This document shows positions 55,230-63,803 of a stretch of 64,000 bases of DNA, in pieces. Origin of the DNA: Chrysomallon squamiferum (taxonomy: Eukaryota > Animalia > Mollusca); NCBI GenBank assembly GCA_012295275.1, contig CM022670.1, forward strand, positions 27,342,001 to 27,406,000, written 5' to 3'. Positions within the stretch are counted from its first letter, which is position 1. The number at the start of each line of letters is the position of its first letter. The notes beneath the pieces were generated by a model, which was not told the origin of the DNA, made no database searches, and saw only the letters and a list, made by a program, of their open reading frames with translations. A program made the position numbers and the translations under genes.

Positions 55230-57820
55230 AAAAAAAATGACCATGTAAGGCATGCTAGAATTAAGTGCCAATTTCTGACTTTGGGATTATGAAATTGTTG
55301 GAATTTTCTACAATTCACCATTTTAGAATGCTTTTATACTAATTAAACTAATTAAAGTCATTTACAGTTAAAACTCATATGTTGAGAGCTATGGAACCAT
55401 TGGTGAAAAATAATGAAATGTTGACAGTAGAGTAACATGATATATTAAATTACATTTTTTAAAAAGATATAAAAAAATAACATATCATAATTATAATAAT
55501 AAGGAACAAAAATAAAAGAGAAAGGTTTTTGGTTAAGTATTACATCTGAAAAGAATATCATCATAATTCTTATGTTGAATTTTACTAACTGAATGGTTAT
55601 GATGAATTTTACTAACTTACTTGTTTAAATTAAATTATGCATACACCTGCATACACAAATACTCGCACACATGCATACTAACATAGACTTATATACTGTC
55701 TATCACATGCATGCACATTTAGATGAACAAACATGCTGGTACAACAACAACAACAACATTGTGACACACACACACACATGCACACACACACAGAAAAAAA
55801 AGAATTTGCTTTAAACACAAACTGAACCTAAATTTCCTCAACTTAAATAGCAAACTTTAGTGAAATTAATGTTATTACTGTTTAGAATTTCTCTCCTGCT
55901 TCTGGCGCTGAAATAAGAGATGATGAGCTTGTTGTGAAGATGTTTCAGGTGACCAGTAAGCGAAGTCACAGACACACCAAGTCCATCTCCTCAAAATCAC
56001 TCATGTATGTGATGCAGTGCGCCGATGAATGGCAGAGAAAGAGCAACCCACTCAATTCAGTTTGTGTCCTGTCCAAGTGAGTCGAAAAAGTATTGTTTTT
56101 AATCTGTTGTTTGTGTCCTGTCCATGTGAGTCGAAAAAGTATTGTTTTTAAATCTGTTCAGTTTGTGTCCTGTCCATGTGAGTCGAAAAAGTATTGTTTT
56201 TAATCTGTTGTTTGTGTCCTGTCCAAGTGAGTCGAAAAAGTATTGTTTGAAATCTGTTGTTTGTGTCCTGTCCAAGTGAGTCGAAAAAGTATTGTTTGAA
56301 ATCTGTTGTTTGTGTCCTGTCCAAGTGAGTCAAAAAAGTATTGTTTGAAATCTATTGTTTGCATCCTGTCCAAATGAGTCCAACAAATGTAGTCTAAAAT
56401 CTATTGTTTGTGTTTCTGTCAAAGTGAGTTGAAAATATATTGTTTAAAATCTATTGTTTGTGTTTCTGTCAAAGTGAGTCGAAAAAGTATTGTTTAAAAT
56501 ATATTGTTTGTGTTTCTGTACAAGTAAGTTGAAAAAATATTGATTAAAATGTATGGTTTGTGCTTTTGTACAAGTGAGTGGCAAAAATATTGTTTAAAAT
56601 CATGTCCAAGTAAATCACAAAGTATATTATGTTTTTGTGTAAGTAAGTAGAAAAAAATATTCTATAAAATATTATCTGAGTCAGTGGTGACAATCTTGTT
56701 TTCTTGTTTATGTCATGTTCAAATTATTGTTTTGTATTTTGTTCAAGAAAGACACAAAAATAGTGTTTAAATATATATCAAAGTGACACACATAGTAGGT
56801 GTAATTTTTGAGTAAGCAGTAAAATAGTTTAAAATAACTAGGAAAAAATTGTGTGAATGACACAGAAATTAAACAAATATATATATATATATATTTATTT
56901 TCTAAATACACAGTGTTCTGTTGTGTCCAATAACAGAAAATATTTAAAATTTTCTTTGATGGTACAAATCTCTTAATACATTTGGATATTTCCAAGTTAT
57001 ATTTTTTATTTGTTATTAATTACTAGTTTCCTTATAATAAAGTATAACAATTATTATGTATTTTTTCGGAAAAATAATGTTCACACATTCAAATTATATA
57101 TAAGAATGATAATTTGATTAAAAACTAATATATTTTAAATATTTTGTTGGTTTTGAAGGGATGGGTGTATGAGAACAGGGATTTACTGCAGTATCTGTAT
57201 TTGCTGTGACCAGCTGAAGATTGATGGTGAAGTGGATGTTTTCAATGCTGTGCGTCTCATAAAAAGAAACAGACCTCAACTAGTACCGAGTCTAGTAAGT
57301 TTAGATTTTCAGTATCTAATAAACAGAAAAAAAAGGTCTTCACCTCAGTTTTAGAATATGTAACAGTTCTCCTCAAAGGAAGTTTTAGAAAAGCTATTCT
57401 GCTATTTGTAATTAAAAAATTACCCACATAGATAATGTACAAATTAAAATACCAAAATTTAAAACTGCCTAACTTTCTGCAGACATCCTGCAGGTTAAAA
57501 CTGTTTAAATTTTACACAATGTTTATTGTTTTCAGGATGAGTATCGCTACATCTACCAATTCATGTCAGAGTATGTACAATCGAAATGTGCTAGACCAAG
57601 AATAATCATAACAGGAGCTGAGGGTCAAGCCACAAACTACGCCTTTGAAGACCCTCGGGGAAACGACAGCTACTCCACTGATGACACAGCCTCGCCAAGA
57701 AGCAGTCGCTCAGGCAGTTTTGACACAGCCGATGATGATCAGATGGACATGTTTCTGGCTGACAACATGGTAACATACATTTCATGTCTCAGTTGTCTGC
57801 TCAGGACAATGCATTTGTGA
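10180..57820 (+). CDS. Spliced gene (16 coding exons): tandem-domain D1-D2 protein tyrosine phosphatase, RPTP-like intracellular region without ectodomain/TM, ~707 aa
   Basis: Exons 10180-10383, 15949-16039, 24638-24714, 26092-26128, 35901-35998, 36842-36973, 39700-39851, 44176-44311, 46809-46958, 48469-48568, 49207-49286, 49919-50050, 51876-51998, 55886-56076, 57159-57294 and 57536-57820 join in frame (2124 nt). All introns are GT-AG. PTP motifs: [33 protein letters not shown], VHCxxGxGRT, then D2 [26 protein letters not shown]. Confidence 0.93.
13890..14300. repeat. Degenerate ~30-bp AT-rich tandem repeat
   Basis: Recurrent GAATGAATATTAATCTAAATATTACTTATTT variants. Confidence 0.7.
14700..15175. 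repeat. 61-bp tandem repeat, about 8 copies
   Basis: CTGGTTTC recurs at ~14732, 14793, 14854, 14915, 14976, 15036, 15097 and 15158. Confidence 0.92.
15640..15890. repeat. Degenerate tandem repeat including a 78-bp-period duplication
   Basis: CATATTGAGAGTTACAAATAACTTTTAACTCATTGGCTCTTAGTCTTAACAAAT at 15726 and 15804. Confidence 0.75.
15949..16039 (+). CDS. PTP exon 2 ([30 protein letters not shown]), degenerate KNRY loop
   Basis: tttgtag| acceptor, T|gtgagt donor, 91 nt, phase 0->1; aligns to A..P.N..KNRY..ILPYD. Confidence 0.88.
16040..16250. repeat. Degenerate ~27-bp repeat starting at the exon 2 donor
   Basis: Repeated ACATTTCAGTTTT..CATTACTGA units immediately after gtgagt. Confidence 0.7.
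24140..24530. repeat. Degenerate AT-rich tandem repeat with a dispersed relative at ~28110-28170
   Basis: AACTAACTTTATATTAGTTAAAT variants; TTAAATTCCCATAG is shared with the 28126 region. Confidence 0.6.
24638..24714 (+). CDS. PTP exon 3 ([26 protein letters not shown])
   Basis: ttttcag| and |gtaagt, 77 nt, canonical DHSRV and DYINASYID motifs. Confidence 0.96.
26092..26128 (+). CDS. PTP exon 4 ([12 protein letters not shown])
   Basis: tttttacag| and G|gtaagt, 37-nt exon with the FIATQG motif. Confidence 0.93.
34130..34955. repeat. Diverged direct duplication (~130 bp at 34130-34260 and 34828-34955)
   Basis: Shared TTTTTTGTTC(T/A)CTGAAGCAGAAGACT and AAAGTAT(G/A)TTTGATAAAT. Confidence 0.75.
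35901..35998 (+). CDS. PTP exon 5 ([33 protein letters not shown])
   Basis: ctctttccag| and |gtgcgt, 98 nt, FWxMVWQ and IVM motifs. Confidence 0.95.
36842..36973 (+). CDS. PTP exon 6 ([44 protein letters not shown])
   Basis: aatttag| and AAG|gtttgt, 132 nt, C..YW and IRTF motifs. Confidence 0.92.
39700..39851 (+). CDS. PTP exon 7 ([22 protein letters not shown]...TTGPVLVHC), WPD-equivalent loop and catalytic Cys
   Basis: gtttaccag| and CAG|gtatta, 152 nt, GPVLVHC motif, ends in phase 2. Confidence 0.95.
39853..40030. repeat. 31-bp tandem repeat (about 6 copies) starting inside the exon 7 donor and decaying to ~40400
   Basis: TATTACCTGTGAACACCTTTTCATTAACGTT units. Confidence 0.9.
42050..42400 (+). 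mobile_element. Decayed RLE-type (R4/Dong-like) non-LTR retrotransposon C-terminal fragment
   Basis: Frameshifted translation gives ET...IV..C..Y...VA..IIHQ, then IKI(Y)W, then [20 protein letters not shown]. This resembles the zinc knuckle / KIxWD / NRPDI...LID order of RLE LINEs. Confidence 0.4.
42540..42780 (+). mobile_element. Decayed tRNA-derived SINE
   Basis: B-box GGTTCAAACC at 42578-42587 with a weak A-box upstream. The body (CATTGGTTGTTTTCTTCCAGCCAATG, AAAGTAGCCCAT) resembles mollusc SINEs from memory; needs a Dfam/Repbase check. Confidence 0.4.
44176..44311 (+). CDS. PTP exon 8 ([46 protein letters not shown])
   Basis: ctcacag| and |gtatgt, 136 nt, GxGRT, VDVY and R..MV motifs. 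Confidence 0.95.
44340..46590. repeat. 35-bp purine-rich minisatellite (~2.2 kb) filling PTP intron 8
   Basis: GACAGTGAACTGAAAGTGAGATGGAAGAGTGGAAT units; centre scrambled; matching GACAGAAAATTGACAATGGATTGACAGAGAGATGGAA near both ends. Confidence 0.96.
46809..46958 (+). CDS. PTP exon 9 ([24 protein letters not shown]...LDQEFQ), end of D1 and D1-D2 linker
   Basis: gatgcag| and CAG|gtacta, 150 nt, QY..IY, CGxT linker and L..EFQ. Confidence 0.93.
48081..48164. repeat. (TC)n microsatellite, about 42 units
   Basis: Direct reading. Confidence 0.97.
48469..48568 (+). CDS. PTP exon 10 ([33 protein letters not shown]), start of D2
   Basis: taactag| and C|gtgagt, 100 nt, phase 0->1, C..G...EN..KxR pattern. 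Confidence 0.9.
48751..48852. repeat. (GA)n microsatellite, pure from 48791 to 48852
   Basis: Direct reading. Confidence 0.97.
49207..49286 (+). CDS. PTP exon 11 ([27 protein letters not shown])
   Basis: ttcatag| and |gtaagt, 80 nt, RPYL and DFINAVYID. Confidence 0.94.
49919..50050 (+). CDS. PTP exon 12 ([44 protein letters not shown])
   Basis: ttttccag| and CGG|gtacgg, 132 nt, D2 TQxP..NT..D.WRL.YD motif. Confidence 0.94.
51876..51998 (+). CDS. PTP exon 13 ([41 protein letters not shown])
   Basis: tttgtag| and AAG|gtgaaa, 123 nt, FWP and YGP motifs. Confidence 0.92.
53270..53610. repeat. Degenerate AT-rich tandem repeat
   Basis: Recurrent ATACATTTTAGATAGATATATTT variants. Confidence 0.65.
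53620..53676 (+). CDS. Candidate 57-nt in-frame cassette exon ([19 protein letters not shown]) in PTP intron 13
   Basis: Acceptor cattttctttccag|, donor GGG|gtaact, phase 0-0 matching the neighbouring exons, no stop, GC-richer than its flanks. No recognisable homology. Confidence 0.35.
55886..56076 (+). CDS. PTP exon 14 ([32 protein letters not shown]...[16 protein letters not shown])
   Basis: gtttag| and AA|gtgagt, 191 nt, V.MFQ and EWQ D2 motifs, phase 2. Confidence 0.9.
56060..56650 (+). repeat. ~49-50 bp tandem repeat (about 13 units) containing the exon 14 3' end and splice donor
   Basis: GTTTGTGTCCTGTCCAA|GTGAGTCGAAAAAGTATTGTTT..AATCTGTT units; the first overlaps coding sequence. Confidence 0.95.
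57159..57294 (+). CDS. PTP exon 15 ([46 protein letters not shown])
   Basis: ttttgaag| and |gtaagt, 136 nt, DG..RTG and VDVF..V...R.RPQ D2 motifs. Confidence 0.95.
57536..57820 (+). CDS. PTP terminal coding exon 16 ([27 protein letters not shown]...), stop TGA at 57818-57820; true C-terminus uncertain
   Basis: gttttcag| acceptor and EY..IY final helix of D2, followed by an acidic Ser-rich tail. An overlapping -1 frame continues to 58053. Confidence 0.82.
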   Translation, partial: DEYRYIYQFMSEYVQSKCARPRIIITGAEGQATNYAFEDPRGNDSYSTDDTASPRSSRSGSFDTADDDQMDMFLADNMVTYISCLSCLLRTMHL

Positions 57821-58053
57821 CCAGGGAGAGTTTGTCTTCTTCAGACAGTCTGTGTGGATTTGAAACAGCTAGTGAGACAAATAATAGTAAATGTGTGTCA
57901 CCAGATGAGATTTTGATTCAGAATTCACAGTTTAGTTTTGAGAAAAATAACAATCTTGCAGCAGGTAATGTAAATGGTTCTGGTCAGTATTACAAAGCCA
58001 AAAGTTCAATTCCAGTTCTTACTTTCAAAACAGAGTCATTGGACTATGGTTAA
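57793..58053 (+). CDS. Possible alternative C-terminal extension of the PTP ([19 protein letters not shown]...TESLDYG)
   Basis: Frame open 57763-58053 with protein-like composition. Reachable in frame from donor ATG|gtaaca (57770) to AG at 57791-92 or 57803-04, or by a 1-nt indel. Confidence 0.4.
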   Translation: MSAQDNAFVTRESLSSSDSLCGFETASETNNSKCVSPDEILIQNSQFSFEKNNNLAAGNVNGSGQYYKAKSSIPVLTFKTESLDYG

Positions 58054-61000
58054 ATGGATGACTTTGTAGCCATTATGTCCATGAATCTAAAATGTTTTGA
58101 GATCTACAAAACACAGCAATGGTAACTCAAGATCTTTTGAGATACAGATTGTTAGAACGTGTATGAAGATAAATTGGTGACTCTAGAAAGATAAAATTTT
58201 AACAAAAGCTTATATGAAGATAAAATGATAGAATTTATTTCAAATGAAGCTATTGAAAGAATAAGATGTAGACACCTTCAGCACTTGATGCATTACACAG
58301 TAGAATGTTTTGCTAAATCTACTTATGAACATGTATGAATAGAACAAATTAATTTTCCAGAAACACGTGTGTATGTGTTGAAATTTAATTAAAAACATTT
58401 ACTTGTATATTAATCTAATTATAATTATAATATATTTTATGAAAATGGAGATATAAAAACTGAGCAGTCACGTTACACATTCCAGTATGTAACATGCAAC
58501 ATGCAGTTCAAATAAATTACTCTTTTCTTTTAACACAATATGATGCTAACAGTTTTCACAAATCAAGTATATAATTTTATTTGGAGTCTTTATAAGCACA
58601 TTCCCAGAAGCTGGTACATGCATTTCAATATCAAACACTGAACATTCTCTGCCTGCAGATAAATAAATAATTAAATAAACTACTTCATTCTGTTATATTT
58701 TTTTTTTTTCATATTATTTATCAAAAGGTCTTCAGTACCGAAAGCAAATTTGTTTACTTTGTAATATTTGAGAAGTTCACAAGTTTTAACTTGTTTTTCA
58801 GTTCAAAGTAGAATTAGGCAGACTTTAATTCAGCTGATTAATTATGCATATTTCGAGAAATTAGGCACATAAATCAAAAATGTGGAAGCTAATCTACACT
58901 GTAGAGGAAGGTGTCAGCTAATAGTGCTAATTACTTTGGAGTCTGGACTATAAAATGCTGATTTGTCAAGAAAATGGATGTCATAGTTCACTATTAGCTC
59001 TTTTTTTAAAATATATATTTTGCTCTTCTTTCAATGTATATTTGTCACTTCAAACAATTGACAACAAGATTGTTCAGTTTGTGTCTAATAAAACAGATTA
59101 TTTTTTAAAAGTTTAGCAAATATTTAATAATAATAATAATAATAATAAAATAACAAGAACAACAATTTATGATTAATGTTGCATTCATATTATATACTTT
59201 AATTATAAATAAAATAAGACGCACGCACAAATAATATAATAATAAAAAATATTTATGTTTTTCAAAATGAAAACCATACTACATGAAAAATTCATAACAA
59301 ACATATTAAAGTTTGCAGCTTTGTTTGCCTCAAAATGGGTGCCTTTTGAAAAGGAAATAATTTTTCTTTTGGTGCCTATTCACAGAATTCATTTTCTCGT
59401 GAAGTGTTACTTTCATAACAATCATTCCAATTTAAATAATCAAATTTTTGTTTTATTTAATTTCATTTCATTATTTTATTTTATTCTGCTCTATTTTAGT
59501 TTACTTTACTTTATTTTAATTAGATAAAAAAAAAATAGTTCATGTATTTGGTTTTTGTGACAATCGAATATGGAGGTGATGTCACAGTATTCCCTCTATA
59601 TGCACCACCTTTTACCTATATTTATTGTTCTTCTCAGTTTCTATATGTGTAAATACTAAGAAAGTAAAAACTATGTGAGTAGCTCATACTTGTTATGTTT
59701 AATATACTGAACTCAAATCTCAGTTAATTTCATTTACATTACACAACCATTTAAAACATGTTTATCTCAGTTTTCTCATTTCTGTTATATATCACCTAAC
59801 TGCTGATAATAATGCAAGCACTTTTTGTGTTGAACCCATGCAAAACTATTTGTAAAATGAACTGATGTCTTTAAAATAAAGTTTGTGATTTGTTTTAAAT
59901 TCTTGTTTTTTCAGCTTTTATAGGGCTCCATTTATGTTTCTTGTTGTTCCTCCTTTTTTTTTTTTTTTTTTTCCCTTTCTGTAACATTTGGTAGTATAAA
60001 CAAATTATTTAGATCTATTTTGTTTATTTGCAAGTTATTGTTTTATATATTAAAAGCAACCAGGCTTTGTTAATCAACATCACAACTATATAGGCAAAAG
60101 AAAAAATAAAATAATAATAAAATTGTTTTTTTTAAATTACGGCATTATTTATTTTGGAATAATTTCTGTATTGCTTTGCTATATTATTAACAAAGTTTGA
60201 CCAGACAAGTAAAACAATGATTTTAAAGTGAACAAAAGGTTTTTAAATCATTTGTTAGTATCATCAAAGGTACACTTAAAAGGAAAAATTGTGCATACAG
60301 AGTATTTATTTATTTGTTGTGGGATTTTTATAATTAATTTTACTGGATTTTATTATAGGGTTTAATGTGTGTATGTGCTTGCATTGCATGTGTATGAGTA
60401 TACAGATGTGAATATTTAAATATATATATATGTGTGTGTGTGTGTGTGTACATAAATGTGAACTCTCTGTACTTAGAACTGTTGTACACATAAAACAAAC
60501 CTAGTAACTGAATCTTAAAATTTCAACACAAGCACACACTTAAGTACATTCTTCTGTAACATTTTTTTCTCAAATGTTTTATAAATACATTGGTGAGCAC
60601 CAAGGCTTTTTATAATTTTAACTTTATTGTTAACAATAAACTGAAATTTGTATTTTATTGTAATTTATTTTATTTCAGTATTATTATCATTATTAATCTT
60701 ATCAGAGTATTTTGTTCTCTGATCGTTTAAGTGTATATTTATTATCTGTCAATGTCATGGTTGTGATCGTTGCAAAACATAAAATGCTCACATATTTACT
60801 TAATATATTTTTGGTACTTCATCAATTTTTTTAATGTACTTTTTGAAGTTGGAAACTTTTTGTGGGCTTTTTTTTTAATTTATTAATTTGTTGATTCATA
60901 TATAATCATTGAACATATATAAATGATAATTTCAATGATCACAGCAACCATTTTAATAAGAATATCATGTTCAGTATAAAATTTATTTTTCAAAATTTAT

Positions 61001-61146
61001 GTGTAGTAGCTTAGGCACCTTTTATTAATAAATGGTAATATATTAGTGATATATTACTTTTCAGTATGTGACTGAATATTGCCAATAAATGTCTCACTCC
61101 AAACATTTTTAATACCATTTTTTATACATTTTATTATGTGGTCTTA

Positions 61147-61152
61147 AATAAA
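61147..61152 (+). terminator. Candidate distal polyadenylation signal of the PTP gene
   Basis: AATAAA followed about 20 nt later by a GU/U-rich tract (tttgttttgattttt). Other AATAAA copies exist upstream. Confidence 0.35.
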
Positions 61153-61292
61153 AGTTGTATGAAAGATCACTTTGTTTTGATTTTTACAAAAACAAATGTC
61201 GTATTTGTTTGTCTAGGAAAGAATACATTTTGTGCTTTGGTTATTGAAAGCTGGTTCTGATCAACTTGCTTTATAGTTTGTTGCAAGATATA

Positions 61293-61298
61293 TTTATT
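61293..61298 (-). terminator. Candidate polyadenylation signal of the TFIIS gene
   Basis: TTTATT on + (AATAAA on -), at the point where the + strand switches from T-rich to A-rich. Confidence 0.25.
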
Positions 61299-62979
61299 TA
61301 CAATATGTATTAACAAAATGAAAAAGCCACAGAAATTTCAAAACATTACCTTTTAATCAGAATGATAAACAGGATGAGCATGAAAACATATACAAACATG
61401 AGTATTTACATTTTTTTTATTTCTCCAAACATTTATACATAAATGTCAGAATCAAATAATCTCCTACAGTTAAAATCTAATTTTCTGTGACAATAGAATT
61501 CTATGCTTTTTATTTTTAAAACCTTTTAACAGTGACATATAAATTTAATGAAACTATTATTAAAATATCCACTTCTGTATGTATAATAAAAAAAATAAAA
61601 AAAACCACAATGAAAATAACTAATACAAATTTGTAAAATAAAAGTTGAATTTACAAATCTTTGATTATTTTCTTTTGTGCTGTGAAGATTTAAATTTTTA
61701 ATGCTGCAATTTCAACCTCAAAATATCTGATGCTTTACTTTATTCAAAATATAAGCCAAACTGTAACCTGAACCAGCATTAGCTCTGGACTTTTGGGCTT
61801 AATTCTAAAACAGTGCGTTCTGTTATCTCTAAACACTTTAATAATTTACAAAATAATGTATCTTCAACATGAAACAAAATTTCCCTGAAATTCTGAAGTT
61901 ATGCCAAACTAAAATAACATTGTAATTTTGGAACTGTAGCATTATGCTGTTCTTGAAGCTCCAAAAATGTACTTTCTGGAAAAATCCTCAACTGAAATTC
62001 AAAAGCTAATACTGGATCAACTTAGAAATTCAAAACAATTTACATAATCGTAAACTCAGTAAAAAATCTAATGGAATGACTATAATACTATTGTATGGAC
62101 TCACTTCAACTTTAAGTTTTTATTGTAATGAATTACAGAAACAGTTAATGATAACCACCATCCACAAACACAAATGGAAATTCAAATCCTGAACAGATTT
62201 GAAAGAATAATTTTTCGTCTGTCAAACAGACAACTTTAAACTTGTTAATTAACATGATGATTACTCAATTTGAGTATGAAACAGCTTTGCTCAGAGGAGG
62301 ATTAACCGTTTGATTTTAATGTAGAATATCAATGCAACAAATATATAAAATCTGGATTTAGAAAACAATAATATTAATAATTAATAAAAAAAAAGAACTT
62401 GCCACATAACAAGAAAAAAATAAACATTGCTCTGGGATGCTATATCTATTTCACAACGAATGTTAAAAAAAAAAAAAAAAAAAGTTAATGTATGCAAATC
62501 CTACATGAAAACTTAACAAACTGTTTCTGTCATATCCAGCATAACATATGTTAACAAATATTAACAGCAATGAGAACAGATCTTCGGTTATATTACACAA
62601 CTCTTTCTTCAGAGCACTACACAAAGCAGACCTCTCATCAAACAACTCGAACACAAAAGAGGCATGGACCGTTCTTCAGTTTTTCAGAAGCAAAGGCTCT
62701 TTTTTTAATTTTTTTTATCTTCTTGTTCTTCTTTTTTCATCTTTATTTTTGTTTAAATTGATGAAAATTTATATTAAAAAAAAGAAGAGAAAAGCAAAAA
62801 AAAAATAAATGAAGAGAGATTTTCCTTTACTGTTGGCAAGATGTTATCATCTGACTCAATCCAGTTAGTGAGTATTACAAGTAACACCTTGATTTTTCTG
62901 TTCTGAAGTCCACGTTCTGACGTCTGCAGATTAAACAGATCCCCAAATGATGACGTTTTGGTGGTGTTAGCAATTTCTG

Positions 62980-62988
62980 TTAACAGAA
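62980..62988 (-). CDS. TCEA1: TFIIS (TCEA) terminal coding segment, FC-stop
   Basis: Strong minus-strand acceptor tttttcttctttcag|TTC TGT TAA completes the typical ...RWKFC* end. Confidence 0.92.
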   Translation of the reverse strand, partial: FC

Positions 62989-63431
62989 CTGAAAGAAGAA
63001 AAACCAAAAAAAATTAAAAATAATTCTCTACTTGCACTATGAAATAATTAAAAACCAAATTTTACTAATCTCTGTATTTTAAGATAATGAATTACTGTTA
63101 TTTGTCCTGTGTTGATTTATTTAGAAACAAAAAAAAAAAAAAATAATAACAAATAGGAATTTCATTCACTCATTCCCAAGCACTGAAAGATTTGTGTCTG
63201 GTAAATTTTGTTCTGTTGAATATGTTTGGTTTTTTTTGAGGGGGGGGTTGTGAATAGTGAAATATTATTATTAATTTTGCAAAATTAATCCCTTTTATAG
63301 ATATGGTTGTGTCCTGATTAGAGGCTCCTCTGGGTTTACAGTTTTGCAGTTACCAACAGCAAAATGAAAGGCATAACTGGACTTTATAACAGAAACTGTG
63401 TTTTTGAAAAAAAGAATTATAGAACAAATTA

Positions 63432-63626
<195 letters not shown>

Positions 63627-63803
63627 CTAAGTGAAGAGAAGAAAGTACATATTCTATGTTAATAAATACAGAAATATAATGCAATTATCACTAATTTGAT
63701 TGTATGTTTGATTCATAAAAAACCATCAAGGTCCTTAATGTGTGTGTAAAATACAGGGAACAAAAAACAAATGAAAAGAAAAAGATAGGAAAAATATTTT
63801 GGT

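Noticed and set aside
100-56650. CRISPR-like appearance of the 30-61 bp periodic arrays
   Set aside because: Head-to-tail repeats without unique spacers, no cas genes, and a spliceosomal eukaryotic context.
57270-57294. Calcineurin LxVP motif in RPQLVPS
   Set aside because: The spacing is wrong (LVP, not LxVP) and it is the structured D2 Q-loop equivalent.
10180-57820. PTP locus as a pseudogene because of its degenerate catalytic motifs
   Set aside because: All 16 exons are stop-free, in phase and have intact splice sites across 48 kb, which argues for purifying selection.
62774-63007. 77-aa minus-strand ORF
   Set aside because: It overlaps the TFIIS terminal exon in a different frame. The phase-0 junction gives FC-stop, so this is 3' UTR.
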